From positions 1-55,199 of IMG/VR virus record IMGVR_UViG_3300032736_000354: DNA of 55,199 bases, one strand, 5' to 3'. Shown here one piece after another: positions 1-10,003 of the stretch (position 1 is the first letter of the stretch; every line of letters starts with the position of its first letter). The notes beneath the pieces were generated by a model. The model saw only the letters and a list, made by a program, of their open reading frames with translations, ran no database searches and was not told the DNA's origin. Origin of the DNA: a virus (lineage: Duplodnaviria; Caudoviricetes). The position numbers were made by a program, and so were the translations under genes.

Positions 1-1181
1 ATCGTGTAACAGAAGTTACTGATGAACTTCAGCGTCTGCTGAATGAGTTCAAAGTGGAACTTGCTGTTCTTAAAGGTCGTGTAGATGGTCTTGATGCAAA
101 GGTAGGTCAACTTGAGGCAACTCAATTCTCAACCACAACCAAACTCAAAGGTGAAGCAACCTTCGTTCTTGGTGGAGTTCCTGGTCTAGAAACGAATGCT
201 GGTGGAAACGTCGGCAACACCGCATTCAACTATGATCTCCGTCTGAACTTTGATACTTCATTTACGGGTAAGGATTTGCTTCGTACCCGTCTCCGTGCTG
301 GTAACTTCAGTAGTGATCCTTTTGGATCTAGTTCTTCCTTGTTCAAACTGGACAAAGCAGAAACCACTGACAACAGTGTAGAGATTGATCGTCTTTACTA
401 TCAGTTCCCAGTTTCTAAGAGTGTAACTGTTACTGCTGGTCCTTTGGTTCGTAACACCGAGATGGCTTGGGTTCCTACTGCTTACAAGTCAGAAATTCTT
501 GACTTCTTTGCTGTTGCCGGTGCTCCCGGTGTCTATAACAAGGCAACTGGTGCTGGTGTTGGTGTCCAGTATGCCGGTAAAGGTGGACTTGTCGCTGGCC
601 TGAACTATGTTGCTCAGAATGGCGATGATTCACAAACTGGTGTATTTGATTCTGATGGTGCCCTGAACTTCCTTGCTCAAGTGGGCTACCGTGCCCCTCA
701 GTGGGGTGTTGGTGTTGGTTACCGTTACGGTTCTGAGGGCACTCGTCCTCGCTCCTACAATGGCCTTCTAGGGGCCAATGGTGCTCTAGTTGATGGTCAA
801 GAATCCAATGCTGTTGCTTTGAATGCTTACTGGCAACCTTCCAAGAGTGGAATCATTCCCTCTATCTCGGCTGCCTATGGTTACAATTTCGTAAGTGGTG
901 CTACTGGTGCTACCGATGCTACGAATTCCGATTCGTGGATGGTTGGTCTTCAGTGGTCTGATGTATTCGTAGCTGGCAACTCTGCTGGTATTGCTGTGGG
1001 TCAAGCACCTTCTGCTGAAACCGCTGGTGTGGATGATGCTACAATGCTTGAGATCTTCTATAAGTTCCAAGTAACTGATAACATCAGCATCACTCCTGCT
1101 CTGTTCTATGTTGATAACAATCAGCGTTATCAAGATTCCAACAAGTGGGGTGGGGTGGTTCAGACCAAGTTCACCTTCTGA
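1..1181 (+). CDS. Cyanobacterial Som/OprB-type outer-membrane porin (5' truncated by window edge)
   Basis: Frame open from nt 3 (RVTEVTDELQRLLNEFKVELAVLKGRVDGL, coiled coil typical after the SLH domain); FSTTTKLKGEA, RLNFDTSFTGKDLLRTRL and EIFYKFQVTDNISITPA motifs; C-terminal Phe typical of beta-barrels. Confidence 0.9.
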   Translation, partial: RVTEVTDELQRLLNEFKVELAVLKGRVDGLDAKVGQLEATQFSTTTKLKGEATFVLGGVPGLETNAGGNVGNTAFNYDLRLNFDTSFTGKDLLRTRLRAGNFSSDPFGSSSSLFKLDKAETTDNSVEIDRLYYQFPVSKSVTVTAGPLVRNTEMAWVPTAYKSEILDFFAVAGAPGVYNKATGAGVGVQYAGKGGLVAGLNYVAQNGDDSQTGVFDSDGALNFLAQVGYRAPQWGVGVGYRYGSEGTRPRSYNGLLGANGALVDGQESNAVALNAYWQPSKSGIIPSISAAYGYNFVSGATGATDATNSDSWMVGLQWSDVFVAGNSAGIAVGQAPSAETAGVDDATMLEIFYKFQVTDNISITPALFYVDNNQRYQDSNKWGGVVQTKFTF

Positions 1182-1187
1182 TAACGT

Positions 1188-2228
1188 ATGGATCTATTAA
1201 TGGGCATTTGGGAGAAACTTCTCTTTCTCCCTTATATCATCGGCATCATGATTGTCGGTGGTCTTGTGAAACAATATGGTGTGCTTAACGAAGTATTCGT
1301 TGCACTCCGTAAAATATTCAAGTCAAATCGTCTTGTTGTTGCTGCCACTGCTCTTGCTGGCGGTATTCTACCCATTGAAGGGCGAGTCGTTATGTCAGCT
1401 CCCCTTCTGGATTCCATCGCTAGCGACAAAGCACAGTCACGTTCTAAGTTTGGTATTGTAGATTATCTTTCTACTCACCACTATTACTGGTGGTCACCAC
1501 TTGAGAAAACTGTTGTGCTTCCGATGGTAGCATTGGGTATGTCTTATACCACATTCATGTCACATGCTATTGTTCCGCTTGCTATTGTTCTAACATTTGC
1601 TGGAGTATACATCTTCAAGTATGTGAAAGAAACTGACGTAGAAATCGTAGAAGAAACACGTTCCTTTAGTTGGCAGCGTCTTGCTAAAGGTTGGGGACCA
1701 ATCATTGCTACAATGTGGTTCCTAGTGTGCTATGGTGATCCCGATATGCCTTACCTCTTCTCCCTATGGTTTGGTGGTCTTGCTGCCTACTATTCATTCA
1801 TCTGTAATGATTGGAAGTGGGGTCGGTATATCAAGTGGAAGTTTGCTGGATTTGCTGCTTTAGTTCTTGCTCTCGCAGCAGTGTTTGGTGAACTCAAAGA
1901 ACCTGTCATGGAGTATCTTAAGATTACTTCAGCACAAGGTTCTGCTGCTCTGGTAGCAGTTTCTGTGGTTGGGTTCTTGGCATCATTTGCTATGGGTTCA
2001 TCTGGTAAGTATGCTGGTATGGCTACGCTACTTGCCAAAGCATATGGTCCTGGATACTTGACATGGTTTCTATGTATTGAGTATGCTGGATATATCATCT
2101 CACCAATGCACAAGTGTCTGTTGATTGGTCAGCAATACTTTGGTACTCCTATCAGAACCTACTATAAAGTTCTTGGTATGTTGATTGCTTGCTTGGTTGG
2201 TTGGGGTGCTTTTACGTTAGCTTTTTAA
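1188..2228 (+). CDS. Polytopic membrane protein, DUF401-like putative transporter
   Basis: 346 aa with about 9-10 hydrophobic segments; HHYYWWSPLE and ISPMHKCL motifs resemble the DUF401 family (from recall). Confidence 0.65.
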   Translation: MDLLMGIWEKLLFLPYIIGIMIVGGLVKQYGVLNEVFVALRKIFKSNRLVVAATALAGGILPIEGRVVMSAPLLDSIASDKAQSRSKFGIVDYLSTHHYYWWSPLEKTVVLPMVALGMSYTTFMSHAIVPLAIVLTFAGVYIFKYVKETDVEIVEETRSFSWQRLAKGWGPIIATMWFLVCYGDPDMPYLFSLWFGGLAAYYSFICNDWKWGRYIKWKFAGFAALVLALAAVFGELKEPVMEYLKITSAQGSAALVAVSVVGFLASFAMGSSGKYAGMATLLAKAYGPGYLTWFLCIEYAGYIISPMHKCLLIGQQYFGTPIRTYYKVLGMLIACLVGWGAFTLAF

Positions 2229-2242
2229 CACATTAAGGGGCG

Positions 2243-2272
2243 TTGACATACCTCCTATTTTTCATATATACT
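2243..2272 (+). promoter_or_regulatory. Sigma70-like early promoter upstream of hli
   Basis: TTGACA 2243-2248, TATACT 2267-2272 (18-bp spacer). Confidence 0.6.
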
Positions 2273-2311
2273 ATTTCAAAAATTTAAAACAACTACTAAC
2301 GGAGAAACAAA

Positions 2312-2431
2312 ATGAAATTTGGATTTACCCCAGAGGCAGAGATTCTTAATGGTCGCCTCGCCATGCTTGGATTTGTAATTGCCGTTGGCACTTACTTGAC
2401 GACTGGTCAGATACTTCCGGGAGTATTCTGA
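2312..2431 (+). CDS. hli: High-light-inducible protein (39 aa; not in ORF track)
   Basis: MKFGFTPEAEILNGRLAMLGFVIAVGTYLTTGQILPGVF with the ExxNGRLAMLG chlorophyll-binding motif; GGAG RBS at 2301. Confidence 0.95.
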   Translation: MKFGFTPEAEILNGRLAMLGFVIAVGTYLTTGQILPGVF

Positions 2432-2465
2432 TTCCACTGACAAACTAATTTAATTGAATATAATT

Positions 2466-2489
2466 AGAGGTTTTACAACCTCTTTTTTT
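2466..2489 (+). terminator. Rho-independent terminator
   Basis: AGAGGTT-ttac-AACCTCT stem followed by a T run. Confidence 0.75.
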
Positions 2490-2526
2490 ATGGAGATAAA
2501 TAATATTTAAACGAGTTGATTATTCA

Positions 2527-5500
2527 ATGTCTAGAATTAGAGCGGATAGAGTTACTAATAAAAATGCTACAGGTCCCTTTGAAGCAAGTGAAGGCATTGA
2601 AATTCCTCAAAATAAAACATTTACTATTGATAATGATTCTGGGGTAGAAGGAAATTATTTAAAACGTACATTAACAGGAATGATCTGGGGTGACATTCCA
2701 AGTGCTACGCAAGCAGAAAGAGGTATTGTTCAAATTGGAAATGGACTTAATGTATCTAATGGTATAGTAAATGCAAATTTTAATAGCAGAGTAACTGGTT
2801 TACTTGATGTTGATTTGACAACTCCTCCTATTATAGGACAAGTATTGAAATGGGACGGCGAATTTTGGACTCCTCAAACTGATGCAAATTTTAGTGGCGA
2901 CTATAATGATCTAGTTAATCTTCCTGCGCTTACTTTAGAGGAGATTACTGGTAGAGGTAACGCTACTTTCAATCCAATTGTAATTGGTGGTCTTACTGTA
3001 TTTGATCCCGCAGATTCTGACCAAAATTCTATCTATGAATGGGATGGAGATACTTATAATCAATACATTGAAACTTTAACAAATCTAGGTGAATATAATA
3101 TTACAATTGATGAAAATACTATTGTTTATATTCATAATGAGTCTACTCTTGGAGATCCTGGAGTAGGAATTAATGCAGCTCCTGCGTTTACTGGTTTGGA
3201 TGTTACTGGCAATTTTGGATTAAACAATTCTATTCACATCAATTCAGATATTTTATATGAACAAAGTATAATACCAAATACTACAAATGATATTGATTTA
3301 GGAAGTTCTGATAATCTTTGGAGAACTGGTTACTTTCAATCGAGTGTTTTGATTGGTTCTGGTACACCTACTGGAACTACAGACCAAAAACTTCAGGTAA
3401 CTGGAGGTACATACATTTCTGGTGATCTGGGTGTGGGTGTTGAAGACCCTCAAGAAAAGGTAGATATTGATGGTAATATTAAATTAACTGGGGAGCTTAG
3501 AGGTCCTTCTGTGTTTGTTATTGACCCAGCAGTAGTAGGAAATAATACTGGCTTGGTTCAAATTAAAGGCGACTTGCAAGTTGACGGCACGACCACAACA
3601 GTTAATTCTACAATTACAACAATTGCCGATCCTATTGTAGAACTACGAACTGGCAATTCTATTGTTGGAAATGATGGTGGTATTCAAGTTAATCTAACTA
3701 CGAACTCTACCGGTGTTGTAACAGCATTTCAAAGAGTCCAGTGGAACAATACTAATAATCGTTGGGAAACAACCAATGGTACTATAGCAAAACCAGTAGT
3801 TAATACTGTAGATGATTTTACTATTGGCGGTGCCTTTATATTCGCTAACAATTTAACCTTTGGTGATTCAGTAAACGACACAATTACAGTTAATTCTAGA
3901 TTTGTTTCTGGAACACAACTTAAAACTTCACAAACTGTAGGCAATACTTTATCTCTATCTGCTTACGATGTTGACGGAACTACATATAATAATTTAATTA
4001 CTTTAACTGCATCAAATACCCCAACACTCACATTAGTATCAACTGGCGTCGGTACTATCGACAATATCAATATTGGTGCTACCACTAGAGCAACTGGTGC
4101 TTTTACTACTCTACAAGCAAACTCTACTACTACTATTAATCCAGTAAACAATAACGTATCAATTACTCCTTCTGGTACAGGTATACTTACTGTATCTTCT
4201 GGTGCTGTTGGTACTATTGATAATGTAAATATCGGTGCTACTACTAGAGGTACTGCTGCATTTACTACCCTAAATGCTAACGGCAATATAATTTTAGGAG
4301 ATGCTTCTGCCGATACTTTAACTGTCAATGCAACATCGACATTTGTAGCAGATGTATTTTTAAATGCTAATCTAACAATTGGTAATGCAGATACAGATAC
4401 CATTTTTGTTACCTCTCATTTTGCAGGAAGTACTCAACTAAAAACTTCTAAAAATTTAAATGAAACTTTAAACATCTCTGCGTTTGATGTGGATGGTAAT
4501 TCTTATACTAATTTAATTACTCTTACTGCATCAAACAACCCAACATTAACTATTGCTTCTGTAGCAACTGGTACTATTAATAATATGAGCATTGGTGCTT
4601 CGACAAGAAGCACTGGTGCATTTACTACACTAGAAGCTAACTCAACTACAACTATTAATCCGGCAAACAATAATGTAGCTATTGCTCCATCTGGTACAGG
4701 TGTTTTAACAATTTCATCTGGTGCAGTAGGTACTATTAATAATGTTAACATTGGTAATACTACTAGAGGTACTGCTGCGTTTACTACAATAGATGCTAAT
4801 GGTAATGTAATTCTAGGAGATGCTTCTAGTGATACACTAACTGTTAATTCTACTTCTACATTTAATTCTAGTGTCACTATTTCTGGAGTATCATCTAATT
4901 TAACTGTTGGTGGAGAACTCAGAGGACCTGCAGTATTTGTAATCGACCCCGCATCAATTGGTGATGACACTGGTGTAGTAAGAATCAAAGGTGGTTTAGA
5001 AGTTCTTGGAACTACAACTACAATCAACTCTACAATCACTACAATTACTGATCCAATTATTGAATTGAGAACTGGTAATTCGATTGTTGGTGATAGTGGA
5101 GGAGTTCAAGTTAATCTTACAACTAATGGTTCTGGTGTAGTCACGGCATTTCAAAGAATTCAATGGAATAATGGTGATCAAAGATGGGAAACTACTAATG
5201 GAACTACGCTAAAACCAATAGTAAACACAGTTGATAGTTTTACCTTTGCTAATTCCATTTCCTTTGATGCAAATGTTACTTTAGGTAATGCGGTATCCGA
5301 TACCATTACTGTAAATTCTCAATTTGTAAATGGAACACAACTTAGAACATCACAAGTTTCTGGTAACACATTAGCTATATCTGCTTATGATGTTGACGGA
5401 ACTTCATATACAAATCTGATTACTTTAACTGCATCAAATACCCCAACACTCACATTAGTATCAACTGGTGTTGGTAATATTGATAACATGAACATCGGTG

Positions 5501-7014
5501 CTACTACTAGAGGCACTGGTGCATTTACAACTCTAAGTGCCAATAGCACTGTTGGTTTATCTCCAGCTAATGCTAACGTTACAATTTCACCATCTGGTAC
5601 TGGTGCTCTTACATTATCTTCGGGTGCTGTAGGAACACTAAACAATGTAAACATCGGTAATGTTACTAGAGGAACGGCAGCATTCACAACTCTTGATGCA
5701 AATGGTAATGTAATATTAGGAGATGCTTCTGCAGATACTGTAACTATTAATGGTACGACAACAGTTAATGCTCCCGTAACATTCACTGGTGCTACTTCCC
5801 ACCTAACCTTAACTGGTGAGTTAAGAGGTCCAGCAACATTTATTATTGACCCATCTACTGTTGGTGATGATACTGGTCTAGTTCAAATTAAAGGTAATTT
5901 GGAAGTACTTGGTACTACCACTACAATTAATTCTACCGTCACAACTATTGCAGATCCTATTATTGAACTTCGTAGAGGTAATAGTTTAACTGCTGCTGAT
6001 GGTGGAGTTCAAATAAACCTTACAACTAATGGTTCTGGTGGCGTAACTGGATTCCAGAGATTACAATGGAACAATACAAATACTCGTTGGGAAACAACAG
6101 ATGGCACTACAGCAAAACCATTAGTTAATACCGTAGATAGTTTCACATTTGCTAATGCTATTAATTTCAATGGTAATGTTTCTATTGGTGATGCTACTTC
6201 AGATACAATTACTATCAATTCTCAATTTACAAATGGATCTGAATTAAGAACTGGTCTAGTAAATGGTAATAATTATTCTCTTGCTGCTTATGATGTAGAC
6301 GGAGCTGTATATGCAGATCTTGTTACTTTAACTGCATCTAATACTCCAACTATTGCTATTACTTCTGTTGGAGTAGGTACATTAGATAACATAAACATCG
6401 GTGCTACTACAAGAGGCACAGGTTCATTCACTACATTGAGTGCTAATAGCACAGTTGGTTTATCACCAGCTAATGCTAACGTTACAATTTCTCCAACTGG
6501 TACAGGAACTGTAACTATCTCTCCTGCTGGTGGTCTTACTATTGCTCCCGCAACATTATTGAGTATTGCTCCTACTGTAGTGGGTACTATTAACAATATA
6601 AATGTTGGTAGCACTACTAGAGGTACTGGTGCATTTACTACGCTTGATGCTAACGGTAATGTAACTCTTGGTAATGCTTCTGCGGATGCTATTAATATTA
6701 ATGGAACAACATTAGTAAATGCTCCTATGTCATTTACTGGAGCTACATCACACTTAACATTAACTGGTGAACTTCGTGGACCAGCCACATTTACAATTGA
6801 TCCAGCCACTGTTGGTGATGATACAGGGACAGTTATTATTAGAGGTGCTTTACAAGTAAACGGAGTTAATACTGCGGATAGATTAAAGAATACGGCAGCC
6901 CCTACTACAGCAACTGATATAGGAACGGCTGGTGATATTAGATATGCTACTGGATTCCTTTATGTTTGTGTTGCAACAAATACTTGGCAGCGAGTCGCCA
7001 TCGCTACTTGGTAA
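2527..7014 (+). CDS. Repetitive tail fibre / virion fibre protein (1495 aa)
   Basis: Thr/Gly/Asn-rich with large internal repeats (ELRGP..FxIDP x4; AYDVDG..LITLTASN x4; IGATTRGTxAFTTL many); C-terminal GDIRYATGFLYVCVATNTWQRVAIATW fibre-tip-like motif; ATAAATA late promoter at 2496. Confidence 0.75.
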   Translation: MSRIRADRVTNKNATGPFEASEGIEIPQNKTFTIDNDSGVEGNYLKRTLTGMIWGDIPSATQAERGIVQIGNGLNVSNGIVNANFNSRVTGLLDVDLTTPPIIGQVLKWDGEFWTPQTDANFSGDYNDLVNLPALTLEEITGRGNATFNPIVIGGLTVFDPADSDQNSIYEWDGDTYNQYIETLTNLGEYNITIDENTIVYIHNESTLGDPGVGINAAPAFTGLDVTGNFGLNNSIHINSDILYEQSIIPNTTNDIDLGSSDNLWRTGYFQSSVLIGSGTPTGTTDQKLQVTGGTYISGDLGVGVEDPQEKVDIDGNIKLTGELRGPSVFVIDPAVVGNNTGLVQIKGDLQVDGTTTTVNSTITTIADPIVELRTGNSIVGNDGGIQVNLTTNSTGVVTAFQRVQWNNTNNRWETTNGTIAKPVVNTVDDFTIGGAFIFANNLTFGDSVNDTITVNSRFVSGTQLKTSQTVGNTLSLSAYDVDGTTYNNLITLTASNTPTLTLVSTGVGTIDNINIGATTRATGAFTTLQANSTTTINPVNNNVSITPSGTGILTVSSGAVGTIDNVNIGATTRGTAAFTTLNANGNIILGDASADTLTVNATSTFVADVFLNANLTIGNADTDTIFVTSHFAGSTQLKTSKNLNETLNISAFDVDGNSYTNLITLTASNNPTLTIASVATGTINNMSIGASTRSTGAFTTLEANSTTTINPANNNVAIAPSGTGVLTISSGAVGTINNVNIGNTTRGTAAFTTIDANGNVILGDASSDTLTVNSTSTFNSSVTISGVSSNLTVGGELRGPAVFVIDPASIGDDTGVVRIKGGLEVLGTTTTINSTITTITDPIIELRTGNSIVGDSGGVQVNLTTNGSGVVTAFQRIQWNNGDQRWETTNGTTLKPIVNTVDSFTFANSISFDANVTLGNAVSDTITVNSQFVNGTQLRTSQVSGNTLAISAYDVDGTSYTNLITLTASNTPTLTLVSTGVGNIDNMNIGATTRGTGAFTTLSANSTVGLSPANANVTISPSGTGALTLSSGAVGTLNNVNIGNVTRGTAAFTTLDANGNVILGDASADTVTINGTTTVNAPVTFTGATSHLTLTGELRGPATFIIDPSTVGDDTGLVQIKGNLEVLGTTTTINSTVTTIADPIIELRRGNSLTAADGGVQINLTTNGSGGVTGFQRLQWNNTNTRWETTDGTTAKPLVNTVDSFTFANAINFNGNVSIGDATSDTITINSQFTNGSELRTGLVNGNNYSLAAYDVDGAVYADLVTLTASNTPTIAITSVGVGTLDNINIGATTRGTGSFTTLSANSTVGLSPANANVTISPTGTGTVTISPAGGLTIAPATLLSIAPTVVGTINNINVGSTTRGTGAFTTLDANGNVTLGNASADAININGTTLVNAPMSFTGATSHLTLTGELRGPATFTIDPATVGDDTGTVIIRGALQVNGVNTADRLKNTAAPTTATDIGTAGDIRYATGFLYVCVATNTWQRVAIATW

Positions 7015-7039
7015 CGTGACACTTAGGTAATTGGACCTA

Positions 7040-7068
7040 TTGACAATCCGATCAAACCAGAGTATACT
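7040..7068 (+). promoter_or_regulatory. Sigma70-like early promoter
   Basis: TTGACA 7040-7045, 17 bp, TATACT 7063-7068. Confidence 0.75.
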
Positions 7069-7091
7069 AAGTGAATAATTACTCATTGTCT

Positions 7092-7343
7092 ATGGACATT
7101 CAAATTTATACAACGGTAGGTTGTAGTTATTGCGAAAAAATTAAAAAGCTTATGAATAGAGCTGAATTAGAATACAAAACTATTCTTGTTGGCAAAGATA
7201 TAACCAGAGAAGAGTTTAAAACAAATTATTCTTCTGCTCGTGGTTTTCCTTATGTAATTATTGATGATAAACCTATTGGTGGTATCGTAGAAACAGTGAA
7301 ATTATTTGTTGAGAAAGGATTAGTGTCTTCAAAAAAAAGATGA
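7092..7343 (+). CDS. nrdC: Glutaredoxin
   Basis: IYTTVGCSYC (CxxC), FPYV cis-Pro motif, IGG; ATG at 7092 preferred over the upstream GTG. Confidence 0.9.
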   Translation: MDIQIYTTVGCSYCEKIKKLMNRAELEYKTILVGKDITREEFKTNYSSARGFPYVIIDDKPIGGIVETVKLFVEKGLVSSKKR

Positions 7344-7504
7344 GTAACGAAGAAAAAACCCCAATAAATAAAGGTGTAGAGCTAATGCTCAGGAGGGTTA
7401 GTAAAGAACCAAGAACACATGGTCTTAAGATTAACAAATCTTTCACCCTCCATAATAAACAATTCTTTTTAAAGTTTGAGTTTACTTGGGGGAACTTAAC
7501 GTAA
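7340..7504 (+). CDS. Hypothetical protein, 54 aa (not in ORF track)
   Basis: ATGA overlap with nrdC stop; MSNEEKTPINKGVELMLRRVSK...; fills the gap exactly. Confidence 0.7.
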   Translation: MSNEEKTPINKGVELMLRRVSKEPRTHGLKINKSFTLHNKQFFLKFEFTWGNLT

Positions 7505-7522
7505 CTCACTCGGAGAATTAAA

Positions 7523-7759
7523 ATGGAATCTTCTACAATCTTATTTTTTTCAGCTTGTTTTATGATTCTGTTCCTGTTGGTAGGAATTATAGCTGGATGG
7601 TTTATCAACGATATCGTTTATAACTTTACTAACAAAAATAATTCTGTTCAACTTCATCCAGAAATGTATGATGAGAATGGAATTATGATTAACGAAGAGC
7701 TACTCTCAGTAAGATTTATTGATGAAGAGGAGGAAGAGGAAGAGGATGATTATCATTGA
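7523..7759 (+). CDS. Small membrane-anchored cyanophage protein
   Basis: GGAG RBS, N-terminal TM helix, HPEMYDENG motif, acidic tail. Confidence 0.75.
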   Translation: MESSTILFFSACFMILFLLVGIIAGWFINDIVYNFTNKNNSVQLHPEMYDENGIMINEELLSVRFIDEEEEEEEDDYH

Positions 7760-8606
7760 TGCCAATCAAGTTATGATTAGTAACTTGATGGCGCAAATTA
7801 AAAGAGATGAACTGAATGAAAATTTAGTTCGTCATATGGTTCTCAAGAGTTTAATTTCTTATGAGAAACAATACAAAAATGAATATGGTGAAGTGGTTTT
7901 AGCTTACGATAGTAAACACTATTGGAGAAAAGATTTCTTCCCATACTACAAATACAACCGCAAAAAAGATCGTAAAAGTTCTGGTCTTGACTGGCATTCT
8001 ATCTTTGATGTCTTGAATAAAATTCGTGATGAGATTAAGGAGCACTTTCCATACAAAGTTATGGAAGTATATGGTGCTGAAGCAGATGATGTGATTTCCA
8101 TATTGTGCAGACACAAGAAAGCAAATGAGAAAATTTTAATTCTTTCTGGAGATAAGGATTTCATTCAACTTCATAAGTATCCGGGAGTATATCAATACAA
8201 TCCCATTATGAAGAGTTATATTTCAACTGATAACCCATATAATTTTATCAAAGAGCATATTATTAAGGGTGATAAGTCAGATGGAATCCCAAACTTTTTA
8301 TCAGACGATGATACTTTTGTAACTGAAAAAAGACAGAAGCCAATTAGTCAAAAGAAATTGGCTGTGTGGGTTGATCAAGATCCATCTATGTTTTGTAAAA
8401 CTAAATCAGAAATAGATAATTACTATCGTAACCGAACTTTAATTGATCTTGATTACATTCCGGTAGAGTTAGAACAAAAAATTCTTGATGAATTTACTGG
8501 TCTAAATAATAACAAACAAATTCCTTTAGAATATTTCCGTGAACATCAATTGAATGATTTGATGGAAACTTTCTATTTTCGTAGTTCGTCACCTTTCAAA
8601 AAATGA
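7746..8606 (+). CDS. rnh: T4-type RNase H (5'-3' exonuclease)
   Basis: MIIIDANQ start, YWRK..FPYYK, EADDVI, SGDKDFIQL, GDKSDGIPN motifs. Confidence 0.95.
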   Translation: MIIIDANQVMISNLMAQIKRDELNENLVRHMVLKSLISYEKQYKNEYGEVVLAYDSKHYWRKDFFPYYKYNRKKDRKSSGLDWHSIFDVLNKIRDEIKEHFPYKVMEVYGAEADDVISILCRHKKANEKILILSGDKDFIQLHKYPGVYQYNPIMKSYISTDNPYNFIKEHIIKGDKSDGIPNFLSDDDTFVTEKRQKPISQKKLAVWVDQDPSMFCKTKSEIDNYYRNRTLIDLDYIPVELEQKILDEFTGLNNNKQIPLEYFREHQLNDLMETFYFRSSSPFKK

Positions 8607-9037
8607 AACTGTTAATTTCTGAAGTGCTCCAAAAAGTGAGTAACGCCAAAACCAAAGCTGAAAAAATTGATCTTCTTCATCAACATAACACTGCTGCTCT
8701 CCGAGCAGTATTGATCATTAACTTTGATGAGAGTGTAGAGTCCATGCTGCCCGATGGGGACGTACCATTCAACTCCAACGACGCCCCTAAGGGCACTGAA
8801 CACACTGTTCTGGAGCAGGAGTACCGCAAGCTTTATCTCTTCTTCAAGGGCGGCAATTCGTCCATCAATCAAACCACCAGAGAAAATTTATTCATTCAAC
8901 TTCTTGAAGGTCTTCAGGAAGAAGAAGCAAACCTTCTTGTGATGGTAAAAGATAAAGGATTGGGTAAAAAATATAAAATTACTAGAGCTTGTGTGGAAGC
9001 AGCATTCCCCCATATTAAATGGGGAGGACGTAGTTAA
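8603..9037 (+). CDS. Conserved T4-like cyanophage hypothetical protein
   Basis: MKLLISEVLQKVSNAKTKAEK, RENLFIQLLEGL; coupled to rnh. Confidence 0.8.
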   Translation: MKLLISEVLQKVSNAKTKAEKIDLLHQHNTAALRAVLIINFDESVESMLPDGDVPFNSNDAPKGTEHTVLEQEYRKLYLFFKGGNSSINQTTRENLFIQLLEGLQEEEANLLVMVKDKGLGKKYKITRACVEAAFPHIKWGGRS

Positions 9038-9297
9038 TGAAAGTTCTTCATGAGAACTGTGACCGAGATCTAGCAAAGGATAGAACTCTACCTTATAGCG
9101 CCTACCTCGTAGCTTATGAAATTGATTCGGCAATAGCATACGATATAGTTATCAGTGATAAACAAGCGGATATATTTGATTATTATTGGGATAAGTATAG
9201 AGAAGGATTGAAAGGTTGGAGACAATCTGAAGGTAGAGTTAACCCTCGCAATTGGGGGTATAAATCTAAAGAAGAAAAAAAGTCAAGGGGGAGATAG
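9037..9297 (+). CDS. Conserved cyanophage hypothetical protein
   Basis: TAATG coupling; IFDYYWDKYRE motif. Confidence 0.75.
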   Translation: MKVLHENCDRDLAKDRTLPYSAYLVAYEIDSAIAYDIVISDKQADIFDYYWDKYREGLKGWRQSEGRVNPRNWGYKSKEEKKSRGR

Positions 9298-9624
9298 ATG
9301 GGGAAGCATTATCTACTTAACTTATATGGATGCTCGTTATCTTTGTTGGATAACGAGTTTTTCCTTTGTGATATGATTGAAAATGCTGCTGAAGCATGTG
9401 GTGCTCATGTGTTACAAACAATGTCCCATCATTTTAATCCACACGGAGTGACAGCGATATGTTTACTATCCGAAAGTCACATCAGTATTCACACTTGGCC
9501 AGAGAAAGGTGAGGCAGCAGTGGATGTGTTTACCTGTGGAGAATCAGAACCTAAGATTGCTTGCGATATTATTATTCAGCAACTTAACGCTGTGGATTAC
9601 AATTTAGATTACATTGAACGATGA
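9298..9624 (+). CDS. speD: S-adenosylmethionine decarboxylase proenzyme
   Basis: GKH start, LSESHISIHTWPE self-cleavage motif, DVFTCG. Confidence 0.95.
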   Translation: MGKHYLLNLYGCSLSLLDNEFFLCDMIENAAEACGAHVLQTMSHHFNPHGVTAICLLSESHISIHTWPEKGEAAVDVFTCGESEPKIACDIIIQQLNAVDYNLDYIER

Positions 9625-9659
9625 GAGGGGTTGACACCACTCTCTTTTTGTGTTATGAT
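9623..9659 (+). promoter_or_regulatory. Terminator hairpin overlapping an early promoter
   Basis: GAGAGGGG-[TTGACA]-CCACTCTC-TTTTT; TATGAT at 9654-9659 (17-bp spacer). Confidence 0.75.
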
Positions 9660-9682
9660 AGGAACAAATCTGCTTTGATTCT

Positions 9683-10003
9683 ATGGCATCATTAAAGCGG
9701 GCAACTCAAATGCTTACTAAAGCATTAGAAGACCCACAATATACAACAAGTCAACATGTTGAAATTCTCAAGCGTCGTCACCAAATTAAAAAATTACGTC
9801 AAAACTTACAAAACTATGAGCGAGCATCACGTGGATTTGGAATCACCTTTGATCCAGCAATGTTTGAAGAATCAATCAGTGAAGTTAGTGACAGTGACTC
9901 CGAAAGCGGAGGAGATGATGGCGTACGTAGCGAGAGTGAGCAACCCGAACAACCAGGAGAATCCGAAGATCTCGGGACTACTGAAGTATTGTATTCAGCA
10001 TAA
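9683..10003 (+). CDS. Hypothetical protein overlapping the 5' end of thyX
   Basis: First ATG after the promoter; helical basic N-half ending RGFG, then an acidic tail read out of frame with thyX. Confidence 0.6.
   Translation: MASLKRATQMLTKALEDPQYTTSQHVEILKRRHQIKKLRQNLQNYERASRGFGITFDPAMFEESISEVSDSDSESGGDDGVRSESEQPEQPGESEDLGTTEVLYSA

Noticed and set aside
3729-6809. Several long minus-strand ORFs opposite the fibre gene (similar ones opposite 18705-25217 and 33265-43122)
   Set aside because: Antisense shadows of the Thr/Gly/Asn codon bias; no RBS or motifs
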